Shown: positions 8,807 through 23,814 of the stretch, piece after piece | How positions within the stretch are numbered: the first letter of the stretch is position 1 | How the letters are laid out: every line of letters starts with the position of its first letter | From: Myxococcota bacterium | GTDB taxonomy: Bacteria; Myxococcota_A; Polyangia; Polyangiales; Sandaracinaceae | Direction of reading: 5' to 3' | DNA: 61,285 nucleotides | Assembly (NCBI GenBank): GCA_036149055.1 | Contig: JAYZQJ010000254.1 | Location: forward strand, 1-61,285 | The notes under the pieces: model-generated | Database searches by the model: none | Seen by the model: only the letters and a program-made list of their open reading frames with translations | What the model was told of the DNA's origin: nothing | Program-made: the position numbers and the translations under genes

Positions 8807-10411
8807 ATGGTGGGGGGACGCTGGCTGCTGTGCGTGGCGCTCGCGACGAGCGGGTGCGCGCTGGATCGCTCGGGGCAGATGCCGGCCCCGGACGGCTCGA
8901 GACCGACCGAGGACGCGGGGCCCTGCCCGGGCACCATCGAGGTCTGCAACGCGCGCGACGACGACTGCGACGGGCGCGTGGACGAGACCTTCGACCTCCG
9001 CGTCGACGACGCGAACTGCGGCGCCTGCGGCGTGGTCTGCCCGGGCGAGCCGGCGAACGGCGCCTCGGCGTGCGTCGACGGCGGGTGCGCGCTCACCTGC
9101 GACGACGGCTTCGCCGACTGCGACGGGGACGCCGCCAACGGCTGCGAGGCGAGCCTCGACGCGCCGGGCTCCTGCGGCGCCTGCGGCACGACCTGCGCGG
9201 CCCCGACGCCGCTCTGCGGAGGCGACCCGCCGAGCTGCCAGAGCGACTGCCCGCCCGGCACCACGCAGTGCGCGGGCAGCTGCGTCGACACCGACGACGA
9301 CGTCTCGCACTGCGGCGGATGCGGCCTCGCGTGCCCCTCGCCGAGCCGCGCGTCGGCCGCCTGCGTCGGCGGCGCCTGCGCCTTCGCCTGCGACGACGGC
9401 TTCGCGGACTGCAACGGCGACCCGAGCGACGGCTGCGAGGTGGATCTGCGCAGCGACGCGTCTCACTGCGGCGGGTGCGGCGCGACTTGCCCGAGCGGCC
9501 CGAACGCCACCGCCACCTGCGCCGCGCGCGCGTGCGGCATCACCTGCGCGCCCAACTTCGACGACTGCGACGGCAGCGCCGCCAGCGGCTGCGAGGTGGA
9601 CCTGCGCACCGACGTGTCCCACTGCGGCGGCTGCGGGCTCGCCTGCCCGACCGGGGCGAACGCGACCGCGTCGTGCGCCGCGCGCGCTTGCAGCCTCACC
9701 TGCGCCGCCGGCTTCGACGACTGCGACGGCGACGCGAGCAACGGCTGCGAGGCCGACCTCGCCGAGCCGGCGACCTGCGGGAGCTGCGGTAACGCGTGCC
9801 CCGGCGGGCCCGGGGCCGTCGCGACGTGCACCGGCGGCACCTGCGGCCTCGCCTGCGCGGCGGACCGCGGGGACTGCGACGGCCGACCGGGCAACGGGTG
9901 CGAGACCGACCTGCGGACCGAGACCGACTGCGGCGCCTGCGGCAACGAGTGCATCTCGCACGCGCTCTGCCGGAGCGGCGCCTGTCGCACCGGCTGCACG
10001 TCGACCTGCGCCTCCTGCAGCGCCGCGCCGATCTCCTGCTGCGACGGCGGGAGCTGCGCTCCGGGGACGGACTGCAGGTTCGCGAACAGCTCGAGCAGCA
10101 GCTGCCGCCGCACCTACGACTGCCGCGACTCGAACACCTGCGAGGTGTCGTGCGAGAACGGCTCCAACTGCCAGGCGGACTGTCGTCGGGGCGCGAGCTG
10201 CACGATGGAGTGCTCGAGCGGCTCCACCTGCATCTTCGACTGCCGCGGCGCGACCTCGTGCGAGGTGGACTGCAACGGGGGCGGCGGCGGCTGCCTCATC
10301 CTCTGCGGCGGGCCCGGGCGCTGCGAGTTCGGCGAGTGCGGCTCCGGCTCGGGCCGGATGAGCTGCCCCGGCAACATCATCGTGTGCAACCGAGGTTGCC
10401 CGATGCCGTGA
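8807..10411 (+). CDS. Cys-rich repeat lipoprotein (myxobacterial type)
   Basis: Lipobox ATSGC; MopE-like EVCNARDDDCDG; repeated DCDGDxxNGCExDL and SHCGGCGxxC units. Confidence 0.85.
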   Translation: MVGGRWLLCVALATSGCALDRSGQMPAPDGSRPTEDAGPCPGTIEVCNARDDDCDGRVDETFDLRVDDANCGACGVVCPGEPANGASACVDGGCALTCDDGFADCDGDAANGCEASLDAPGSCGACGTTCAAPTPLCGGDPPSCQSDCPPGTTQCAGSCVDTDDDVSHCGGCGLACPSPSRASAACVGGACAFACDDGFADCNGDPSDGCEVDLRSDASHCGGCGATCPSGPNATATCAARACGITCAPNFDDCDGSAASGCEVDLRTDVSHCGGCGLACPTGANATASCAARACSLTCAAGFDDCDGDASNGCEADLAEPATCGSCGNACPGGPGAVATCTGGTCGLACAADRGDCDGRPGNGCETDLRTETDCGACGNECISHALCRSGACRTGCTSTCASCSAAPISCCDGGSCAPGTDCRFANSSSSSCRRTYDCRDSNTCEVSCENGSNCQADCRRGASCTMECSSGSTCIFDCRGATSCEVDCNGGGGGCLILCGGPGRCEFGECGSGSGRMSCPGNIIVCNRGCPMP

Positions 10412-10503
10412 GGGCGACGCGGTCGTGCTAGGGTCCCACCGCCGCTCGCGCTCCATGGTGTGCCACCCGCCGCCTCGCTGGAGCGCGCGGCGCGAGGCCG
10501 TCG

Positions 10504-11049
10504 ATGCGACGCGTAGCCAGCACACTGTCCAAAGCCGTCACGAAGCTCGAGGAGCTCTGCCTCGCGTGGGGCATCCTCGGGATCGCGGCGCTGACGATCG
10601 GCAACGTGATCGCCCGGACCTTCTTCGGGACCAGCCTCGCGTTCGCCGAGGAGATCAGCCAGTTCCTGATCGTCTTCGTGACCTTCCTCGGCATCGGCTA
10701 CGCGGCCGGCAAGGGGCGGCACATCCGCATGACCGCGGTCTACGACCAGCTGGCGGAGCCGCGGCGCAAGGCGCTCACCATCCTCATCAGCGCGACGACC
10801 TCGGCGCTGCTCTTCTACCTGGCGTACCTGGCGACGCGCTACGCGCTCGGCACCATGCGCACCCTCGGCAGCGTCTCGCCGGCGCTGCGGGTGCCGCTCT
10901 GGGTCGTGTATCTGGCCGCGCCCCTCGGCTTCGCGCTCGGCGGCGTGCAGTACGCGCTCGCGCTGGTGAAGAACCTGACCACCGAGGGCGTGTGGCTCTC
11001 CTGGGAGACCGAGGACCGCTACGACGAGCTGCCGCCGGAGGGGATCTGA
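10504..11049 (+). CDS. TRAP transporter small permease (DctQ/TeaB-like)
   Basis: Four TM helices; AEEISQFLIVFVTFLG...GRHIRM. Confidence 0.9.
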   Translation: MRRVASTLSKAVTKLEELCLAWGILGIAALTIGNVIARTFFGTSLAFAEEISQFLIVFVTFLGIGYAAGKGRHIRMTAVYDQLAEPRRKALTILISATTSALLFYLAYLATRYALGTMRTLGSVSPALRVPLWVVYLAAPLGFALGGVQYALALVKNLTTEGVWLSWETEDRYDELPPEGI

Positions 11050-12332
11050 TGGCGTTCGCGATCCTCGGGCTGATGCTGCTGCTGCTCTTCCTCGGCTACC
11101 CGATGAAGGTGCCGCTCACGATCGCGGCGCTCTTCGTCGCGCTCGTCTGGTTCCCCGGCGCCGCGCCCGAGACCCTGGTCCAGCAGATGATCGGCGGCGT
11201 GCAGCCGGCCGCGCTGATCGCGGTGCCGATGTTCATCTTCGCCGCGGAGATCATGACCCGCGGGCAGGCGGCCGATCGCCTCCTCGATCTGGTGATGCGC
11301 TTCGTCGGCCACGTGCGCGGCGGCCTCCCGATCGCGACCGCCGTCAGCTGCACCCTCTTCGGCGCGCTCAGCGGCTCGACCCAGGCCACCGTCGTCGCGA
11401 TCGGCGGGCCGCTCCGGCCGAAGATGCTGAAGGCGGGCTACCCGGAGTCGTTCAGCACCGCGCTGATCATCAACGCCTCCGACATCGCGCTCCTCATCCC
11501 GCCGAGCATCGGCATGATCGTCTACGGCGTCGTCAGCGGGACGTCGATCGGCGAGCTCTTCATCGCCGGCATCGGCCCGGGCGTCCTGCTGCTCGTGCTC
11601 TTCTGCTTCTACTGCTTCGTCGCCTCGGTGCGCATGGAGGTGGAGCCGGAGCCGAAGGCGAGCTGGCCCGAGCGGGGCCTCGCCCTCCGCAAGGCGGCGC
11701 TGCCGCTCGGCTTCCCGGTCATCATCATCGGCGGGATCTACGCGGGCATCTTCAGCCCCACCGAGGCGGCGGCGGTCAGCGTGCTCTACGCGGCCGTCCT
11801 CGAGATCGTGGTCTTCCGCGAGCTGTCGATCCGGGATCTCCCCAAGCTCGCGATGAACACCGGCCTCGTGACCTCGGTGGTCTTCGTGCTGGTCGCGGCC
11901 GGCGCGGCGTTCAGCTGGGTGATCAGCTACGCCCAGCTCCCGAGCGAGATCGTCAGCGGCCTGCTCGGGCCGGGCGCCGGGTACGCGCAGATCATGGCGA
12001 CCATCGCGGTGGCCTTCTTCGTCGGCTGCATGTTCGTCGACCCGATCGTCGTCATCCTCATCCTCACGCCGATCTTCCACCCGGTCGCGGTCGCCGCCGG
12101 CATCGATCCGGTGCTCGTCGGCACCGTCGTCACGCTCCAGGTCGCGATCGGCTCGGCCACGCCGCCCTTCGGCTGCGACATCTTCACCGCCATCGCGATC
12201 TTCAACCGGCCCTACCTCGAGATCATCCGCGGGACGCCGCCGTTCATCGCCATCCTCGTCCTGTGCTCCATCCTGCTCATCGCCTTCCCCGACATCGCGC
12301 TCGTCCTGCGCGACCTGGCCTTCGCGGAGTGA
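11049..12332 (+). CDS. TRAP transporter large permease (DctM/TeaC-like)
   Basis: FGALSGSTQA, LIPPSIGMIVYG, FSPTEAAA, TPPFG; ATG overlaps the upstream stop. Confidence 0.93.
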   Translation: MAFAILGLMLLLLFLGYPMKVPLTIAALFVALVWFPGAAPETLVQQMIGGVQPAALIAVPMFIFAAEIMTRGQAADRLLDLVMRFVGHVRGGLPIATAVSCTLFGALSGSTQATVVAIGGPLRPKMLKAGYPESFSTALIINASDIALLIPPSIGMIVYGVVSGTSIGELFIAGIGPGVLLLVLFCFYCFVASVRMEVEPEPKASWPERGLALRKAALPLGFPVIIIGGIYAGIFSPTEAAAVSVLYAAVLEIVVFRELSIRDLPKLAMNTGLVTSVVFVLVAAGAAFSWVISYAQLPSEIVSGLLGPGAGYAQIMATIAVAFFVGCMFVDPIVVILILTPIFHPVAVAAGIDPVLVGTVVTLQVAIGSATPPFGCDIFTAIAIFNRPYLEIIRGTPPFIAILVLCSILLIAFPDIALVLRDLAFAE

Positions 12333-13369
12333 CCGTGACCCGCCTCCTCTGCCTCGCCCTCCTGCTGCTCGGCTGCGAATCGCGGCCCGAGCGCGAGGTG
12401 TGGCGCTTCGCGATCGAGGAGACCGCCGGCTCGGTGCAGGACCAGTACGCGCAGCGCTTCGCCGAGCTCATCCGAGAGCGCTCGGGCGGCGAGATCGAGG
12501 TGGTCGTCTATCCCTACGGCGCCCTCGGCACGAGCGACCACATCACCGAGCAGCTGCACAACGGCACGCTCGAGCTGGCGATGAGCTCGCCCGGTCACCT
12601 CGGCAAGCTCATCCCCGAGGTGCAGGCGTTCTTGCTCCACTACGTGCTGAGCGACGACCCGGCGGTGAACGCGCGGGCGCTCCGCGATCCGGCGCTGCGC
12701 GCCTTCCTCGACGCGCTCTACGCGGAGAAGGGGCTCTCGTTCCTCACCGCGTTCGGAGAGGGGCGCATGGCGTGGACGACGCGTGAGCCGATCCGGCGCC
12801 CGGAGGACTTCGAGGGGGTGCGGTTCCGGGTCATGACCTCGCCGCTCCTGCTCGCGAGCTACGAGGCCTACGGCGCGAGCCCGACCCCGCTCCCCTACGC
12901 CGAGGTGTACTCGGGGCTGCAGCTCCGCATGATCGACGGGCAGGTGAACCCGGTCTTCGCCATCGAGGAGATGAGCTTCTACGAGGTGACCGAGCACCTC
13001 ATCTTCCCCGGCCACGCCGAGTTCGTCACCACCCTCGCCGCGAACCCGGAGTGGCTCGAGGGGCTGCCCGCCGCGCGCCGCGAGATGGTCGGCGACATCG
13101 TCGAGCAGCTGCAGGGCGAGATCTTCGAGGTGCAGGCGCGCCTCGGTGAGGAGCGGCTCGCCGCGATCCGCGAGCGGAAGCCGGAGATGGAGATCGTCAC
13201 GCTCGACGCCGAGGCGCGCGCGGCGTTCGAGGCGCGCGCCGTCCCGGTGCGGCAGCGCTACCTGGAGCTGGCCGGGCCGCGGGGCGAGCGCCTGCTGGAG
13301 CTGCTCGAGGCGGCGGTGCGCCGGGAGGAAAGTGACGCTTCCGCCCCGGCCGATTCGATCGCAGAATGA
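12329..13369 (+). CDS. TRAP substrate-binding lipoprotein DctP, resembling ectoine-binding TeaA
   Basis: Lipobox LLGC; WRFAIEETAGSVQD, RVMTSPLL, PTPLPYAEVYSGLQ, DGQVNP; GTG start. Confidence 0.85.
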   Translation: MTVTRLLCLALLLLGCESRPEREVWRFAIEETAGSVQDQYAQRFAELIRERSGGEIEVVVYPYGALGTSDHITEQLHNGTLELAMSSPGHLGKLIPEVQAFLLHYVLSDDPAVNARALRDPALRAFLDALYAEKGLSFLTAFGEGRMAWTTREPIRRPEDFEGVRFRVMTSPLLLASYEAYGASPTPLPYAEVYSGLQLRMIDGQVNPVFAIEEMSFYEVTEHLIFPGHAEFVTTLAANPEWLEGLPAARREMVGDIVEQLQGEIFEVQARLGEERLAAIRERKPEMEIVTLDAEARAAFEARAVPVRQRYLELAGPRGERLLELLEAAVRREESDASAPADSIAE

Positions 13370-13375
13370 CCGCCG

Positions 13376-13927
13376 GTGACCGCCCACGAGGTCAAAGGGG
13401 TCTGGTTCATCACCGCGCGCGCGGAGGTGGAGTCGACGTTCGGCAGGGACGCGCTCGAGGTGCTCGTCGAGTCCGTGCCGGCGCCGCATCGCAACGTGAT
13501 CGCGGAGCCGCTGACGAGCGAGTGGTATCCGGAGGAGGCGCTCCAGGCCTGCCTACGGTCGCTGCGCATGGACCTGATGCGGGGCGAGTCGGCGCGCTTC
13601 GGGCGGTTCCTCGAGGGCTGCACCGAGCGCGGCGTGGGCACCTTCTTCTCGGCCCTGCTCCGGATCAGCACCCCGCGCTTCGTGCTCTCCCAGGTGCCGA
13701 CGATGTGGAGGCACATCCGCCGCGGCCCCGGCCACGTGGAGGTCGAGCACGGCGAGCGCGAGACGACGCTGCGCTACCGGGCGTTCCCCTTCTTCGACGA
13801 CCCGATCTACGAGGAGCTCACGGTCGCGAGCGTGGGCGCGGTGGTCCGGGTCTGCACCCGGACGGATCCCGACATCACGGTGGCGCGGGTCACCGACCAC
13901 TCGCTCGACCTGCGCGTGCGCTACTGA
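13376..13927 (+). CDS. Hypothetical protein, myxobacterial DUF2378/4VR-like
   Basis: VKGVWF...SEWYP...PTMWR pattern typical of this myxobacterial family; typical codon usage. Confidence 0.55.
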   Translation: MTAHEVKGVWFITARAEVESTFGRDALEVLVESVPAPHRNVIAEPLTSEWYPEEALQACLRSLRMDLMRGESARFGRFLEGCTERGVGTFFSALLRISTPRFVLSQVPTMWRHIRRGPGHVEVEHGERETTLRYRAFPFFDDPIYEELTVASVGAVVRVCTRTDPDITVARVTDHSLDLRVRY

Positions 13928-14367
13928 AGCGCGGCGCGAAGGAACGCGGCCTCCCTCTCGCGCTCGGCGCGCAGCGCGCGGCGGGCGAGCCGCTCGATCA
14001 TCGGGCCGAGCACCCGGACGCGCACCTCGAGGGTGCCGGTGAGGCGGAGACGCGATCCCGACCCGTCCGGCTCGATCGCGAGCTCGCCCTCCGCGGACGC
14101 GTCCCCGGGGCCCGCCACCCGCTCGAGCGTCCAGCGCGCCCGTCGCGTCGCCACGTCCCAGCGCGTCGTCAGACGGCTCCGCCACGGCTCCCCGAAGCCG
14201 GTGTCGCGCGTCTCCTCGAGCACGAGCGCGTCCTCGCGCCGCGTGCACCGCGCCGCCGCCGTGCCCAGGTGCGCCGAGCGCCGCTCCTGGAAGCGGGGGT
14301 CCATCAGCAGCGCGAGCAGCGCCTCGGGCGGCGCGTCGAACCGCCGGGTGTCCTCGAGCCGGATCAT
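13921..14367 (-). CDS. SRPBCC/DUF2505-like protein
   Basis: RRFDAPPEALLALL start and GPMIERLA C-terminal helix; about 150 aa. Confidence 0.55.
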   Translation of the reverse strand: MIRLEDTRRFDAPPEALLALLMDPRFQERRSAHLGTAAARCTRREDALVLEETRDTGFGEPWRSRLTTRWDVATRRARWTLERVAGPGDASAEGELAIEPDGSGSRLRLTGTLEVRVRVLGPMIERLARRALRAEREREAAFLRAALQ

Positions 14368-14380
14368 CGCGCCCTGGAGG

Positions 14381-16177
14381 TCAGGACGCGGGCATCAGCG
14401 ACTGGCGGGTGGCCAGGAGGCGCGGCGCGACCGCGTCGTCGGGCGAGGCCGGGCCGTTGAGCAGCGCGTCGAGCAGGTCGAGGGCCAGGGTCGGCTCGCC
14501 CGTCTTCGCGAGCAGGCGCAGGACGCGCTCGGCGAGCGCCGCGGTGCGCGCGGGGATCGGCTCGCTCAGATCGGCGAGGATGGCCCACGCGCGGCGCACG
14601 TGATCGGCGACCACGTCACCGTGCGCGCAGCGGGTCGCCTCGAGCTGCGCGAGCCAGAGCTCGGCGTCCGCGGTGACCTTCGGGTTGTCGCTCGCGCTCG
14701 CCCACTCGCTCGCGCGCTCGAGGTGCAGCCGCGCGTCGTCGTGCCGGCCTCGGCCGACCGCGACCGCCCCCGCCATCATCGTCAGCGCGGCCTTCTCCCC
14801 CACCGGCAGCGCGGGGCGCTCGAGCGCCTCTCGCAGCAGCCCCTCGGCGGTGCGGTGGTCGCCCGACTTCAGGAGCAGCTCCGCCGCGTGTCGCGCGAGC
14901 CGGGCGCCCGCGCGGCTGACCGCCTCCTCGCCGTCGAGCGCGGCGGTGCGGATCCGGTCGAGGCCGCGCGTCAACGCCTCGAGCGCGCCGCTCAGCTCCC
15001 TCCGCTCGACGCAGACGCGCGCGAGCATGTCGAGGAGGAGGACCGCGGTGCTCAGATCGCCCGCCCGCGCCGCGTGCTCGGCGCGGAGCTCGAGCGGGGC
15101 CTCCGAGCCCGCGTACCAGGCGAGGGCGCCGTCGTGCAGGGCCTGCCGCTCGGGCGCCGGGATGGCGTCCTCGATGGCGTCGGCCACGTCCGGGTCGGAG
15201 AAGACCAGCTCGTCGCCGACGCGCTCGAGCAGCCCGTGCGCCTCCAGCTCGGTCGGCTCGTCGGCGATCGGGCGCTCCAGCATCGTCTCGATGGCGGCGA
15301 TTCGCGCGCGCCAGCCGAGCACCGCCGCGGCGTGCAGCACCTCGCGCGCGGCCGGGGTGAGCTCGACCTGGGCGCGGCGCCCGGGCGCGCCGGGGTCGGC
15401 CCCGAGGTCGGGGTGCAGCAGCCGGGTCACCGCGCCGGTGAGGTCGCGGGGCTCGGTGGGCGCGCGCAGCACGACCCGCGCGACGCCGAGCTTGGCCAGC
15501 TCGGTCAGCACCGCCTGGCTGCGGCCGCACAGCCGGTGCGCGCGGTCGACCACGATGACGCCGTTGCCCTCGGGGGCCGCGACGAGGAGGGCCTCGGCGA
15601 GCTCGTCCGCGATGTCCGCGAGGCTCGGGTTGGTCTCCGTGTCGAGCCGGGCGAGCCAGGTCTCGGCGAGGTCGCGCGCGTCGGTCTCCGCGAGCTCTCC
15701 GAGGAGCTCCTTCACCGCGTGCCACGGCACCCGCGCGCGCGAGGGATGGCTCGCGATCTCGAAGAGAGGCAGACCCTCGGCGCGGAACGCCACCCGGCAT
15801 CGGTCGAGCAGCTCCCCCGAGCGCTCGAGCAAGACCAGGAGCCGGAGCGTTCGGTCCGCGAGCAGCGCGTCGAGCTCCTCGAGCACCGCGCCGCGCCCGG
15901 TCGAGACGCCCATCAGCGTCGCGCCTCCGGCGGCGGCCCGCGGGGTCTTTCGTCGCCGGGTCGCGCGGCGGCCGCACACCGGGCAGATCACCGCGCGCGC
16001 GTCGAGGGAGGCGCCGCAGCCGCGGCAGCAGGTGCCGCTCGAGCGGCCGTCGAAGGTGTCGGGCACGGGCGCGCCGGGCACGGGCGCCCCGCATCCCTGG
16101 CAGAAGCTTGCGTCGGCGGTGAGCACGACGCCGCACGCCGCGCACTCGCTCTCCTCCCGTGAGATCGCCTCCTGCAC
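14381..16177 (-). CDS. Double zinc-ribbon protein with degenerate AAA/STAND-like domain and TPR-like helices
   Basis: Four CxxC pairs; Walker-B-like VIVVDRAH; REVLHAAAVLG; GTG at 16177 after a purine-rich SD. Confidence 0.6.
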   Translation of the reverse strand: MQEAISREESECAACGVVLTADASFCQGCGAPVPGAPVPDTFDGRSSGTCCRGCGASLDARAVICPVCGRRATRRRKTPRAAAGGATLMGVSTGRGAVLEELDALLADRTLRLLVLLERSGELLDRCRVAFRAEGLPLFEIASHPSRARVPWHAVKELLGELAETDARDLAETWLARLDTETNPSLADIADELAEALLVAAPEGNGVIVVDRAHRLCGRSQAVLTELAKLGVARVVLRAPTEPRDLTGAVTRLLHPDLGADPGAPGRRAQVELTPAAREVLHAAAVLGWRARIAAIETMLERPIADEPTELEAHGLLERVGDELVFSDPDVADAIEDAIPAPERQALHDGALAWYAGSEAPLELRAEHAARAGDLSTAVLLLDMLARVCVERRELSGALEALTRGLDRIRTAALDGEEAVSRAGARLARHAAELLLKSGDHRTAEGLLREALERPALPVGEKAALTMMAGAVAVGRGRHDDARLHLERASEWASASDNPKVTADAELWLAQLEATRCAHGDVVADHVRRAWAILADLSEPIPARTAALAERVLRLLAKTGEPTLALDLLDALLNGPASPDDAVAPRLLATRQSLMPAS

Positions 16178-16313
16178 CGCTCTTCCCCCTCCGCGACCGC
16201 AGCATACTCCCAAAGGCTGCGCATGGAACGTACAGCCGCGGCTTTTGGACCCGCTGCACGAATTCGCGTTCAACGGCCCCGACCGTGTCCCCGTCTCCGG
16301 GTACGCTGGGACC

Positions 16314-16823
16314 ATGACATCCGAGGCCCGCTGCGTCCTCCTCTTTCTCCCGGCGTACCTCGCCGGCTGCGGCGCGGCCACGCCCGGCCCCGCGGACCCC
16401 ACCGTCCGGAGGGACATCGACGCGGTGCTCGACGGCTGGCACGCGGCCGCGGCCGCCTCGGACGAGGAGGCCTACTTCGCGCTGATGACGCCCGACGCGA
16501 TCTTCCTCGGCACCGACGCCACCGAGCGCTGGACGCGCGAGGAGCTGCGCGCCTACGCCCACCCTCACTTCGCCGCCCGGAACGGCTGGGTCATGCGCTC
16601 GGTCCGCCGCGACGTCTACGCGCAGGGCGACGTCGCGTGGTTCGACGAGGACCTCGACACCGAGAACCTCGGCCCCGCCCGCGGCAGCGGCGTGCTCCGC
16701 CGCACCCCCGACGGCTGGCGCATCGCCCACTACAACCTCGCGCTCACCATCCCCAACGACCGCTTCCGCGCCGTCCGCGACGCCCTCCTCACTCCCTCCT
16801 CCTCCGAAGAGCAGGCACCGTGA
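16314..16823 (+). CDS. SnoaL/NTF2-like lipoprotein
   Basis: Lipobox LAGC; FLGTDATERW, AWFDEDL, GWRIAHYNL. Confidence 0.85.
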   Translation: MTSEARCVLLFLPAYLAGCGAATPGPADPTVRRDIDAVLDGWHAAAAASDEEAYFALMTPDAIFLGTDATERWTREELRAYAHPHFAARNGWVMRSVRRDVYAQGDVAWFDEDLDTENLGPARGSGVLRRTPDGWRIAHYNLALTIPNDRFRAVRDALLTPSSSEEQAP

Positions 16824-16828
16824 AAATG

Positions 16829-16944
16829 GGGAGAGGGGAGAGCGGAGGCGAGGAGGAGATGGCGACATCAGTCGCCATGAAGCGTCACCTGGGGAGCGAG
16901 GGCGAGACGGCCTGTTCCTCTTCGCCTCCTTCCTCCCCTCTCCC
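16829..16944. repeat. Long imperfect inverted repeat (REP/MITE-like) between convergent genes
   Basis: Arms GGGAGAGGGGAGAGCGGAGGCGAGGAGGA / TCCTCTTCGCCTCCTTCCTCCCCTCTCCC with inner hairpin ATGGCGAC-ATCA-GTCGCCAT. Confidence 0.75.
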
Positions 16945-16985
16945 TACCGACCCGAAGCCCGAAGTCGACCTGGCGCGATGGGCGG

Positions 16986-22984
<5,999 letters not shown>

Positions 22985-23006
22985 GGAGAGGTCCTCTCGC
23001 GCGGGT

Positions 23007-23516
23007 TCAGCTGGCGCGACGCGAGCGCGTGCGCTTGGGGGTGGGCAAGGACTCGAGCTCGGCCAGCGACACGCGCGAGCGCTCGCTGGCGGTGGAGAGC
23101 ACGACCATGGTCTCGGTGCGGGTCACGCCCTCCACCTCGCGCAGGGCGCTGATCACGCGCTCGAGCGAGGCGGTGTTCCGGGTCTTCACCTTGAGCAGCA
23201 AGGTGTGCCCCCCGGTGACGTGGTGACACTCCTGGACCTCGGGGCGGGCCCCGAGCTCGGCCAGGAAGCGCTCGATGTCCTTGGGGTAGTTGATGGACAC
23301 GCCGATGAAGGCGGTGATGTCGAGGCCCACCTCCTTGGCGTCGACCGCGGCGTGGTAGCCGGTGATCACCCCCGCCGCCTCGAGCTTGCGCACCCGCTCC
23401 ATGACCGCGGGCGCGCTCAGCCCGACCCGGTCGCCGAGCTTGTTGAGGGGCGTCTTGCAGTCGTCCTGGAGCGCGTCGAGCAGCTCGCGGTCGATGGGAT
23501 CGAGGGCGGTCGTCAC
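23007..23516 (-). CDS. Lrp/AsnC family regulator
   Basis: LDPIDRELLDALQ...GLSAPAVMERVRKLEAAGVI; ECHHVTG. Confidence 0.92.
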   Translation of the reverse strand: MTTALDPIDRELLDALQDDCKTPLNKLGDRVGLSAPAVMERVRKLEAAGVITGYHAAVDAKEVGLDITAFIGVSINYPKDIERFLAELGARPEVQECHHVTGGHTLLLKVKTRNTASLERVISALREVEGVTRTETMVVLSTASERSRVSLAELESLPTPKRTRSRRAS

Positions 23517-23814
23517 GGTGGGGAAATCTGACCCCAGTGACGCGGTGTGTCAACAACAATCTTCGGTCGAGACGCGGTTCGGCCTAATGATGTTAGGTGG
23601 TGGGCGTTGGGTCCAGGGGCTGCAGGGGCACGCCTACGCGTTGTGGGGCCGACCCGACATGAGCCCCCTCGCGCGGGTGTCAAACCCTTCCTGGGGAGGT
23701 TGGCACGCGTGTTGATTTACTCGGGGTGCCCGGCCGGGAGCCGCGTGAATGCTCCCCCGACCTGCTCGATCGCGGTTCCTGGCCGGTCGTATCTCCGCTC
23801 CCGAGCGTGGTAGG

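Noticed and set aside
8990..9950. ~180-bp nucleotide repeats
   Set aside because: Explained by the coding repeats of the Cys-rich lipoprotein
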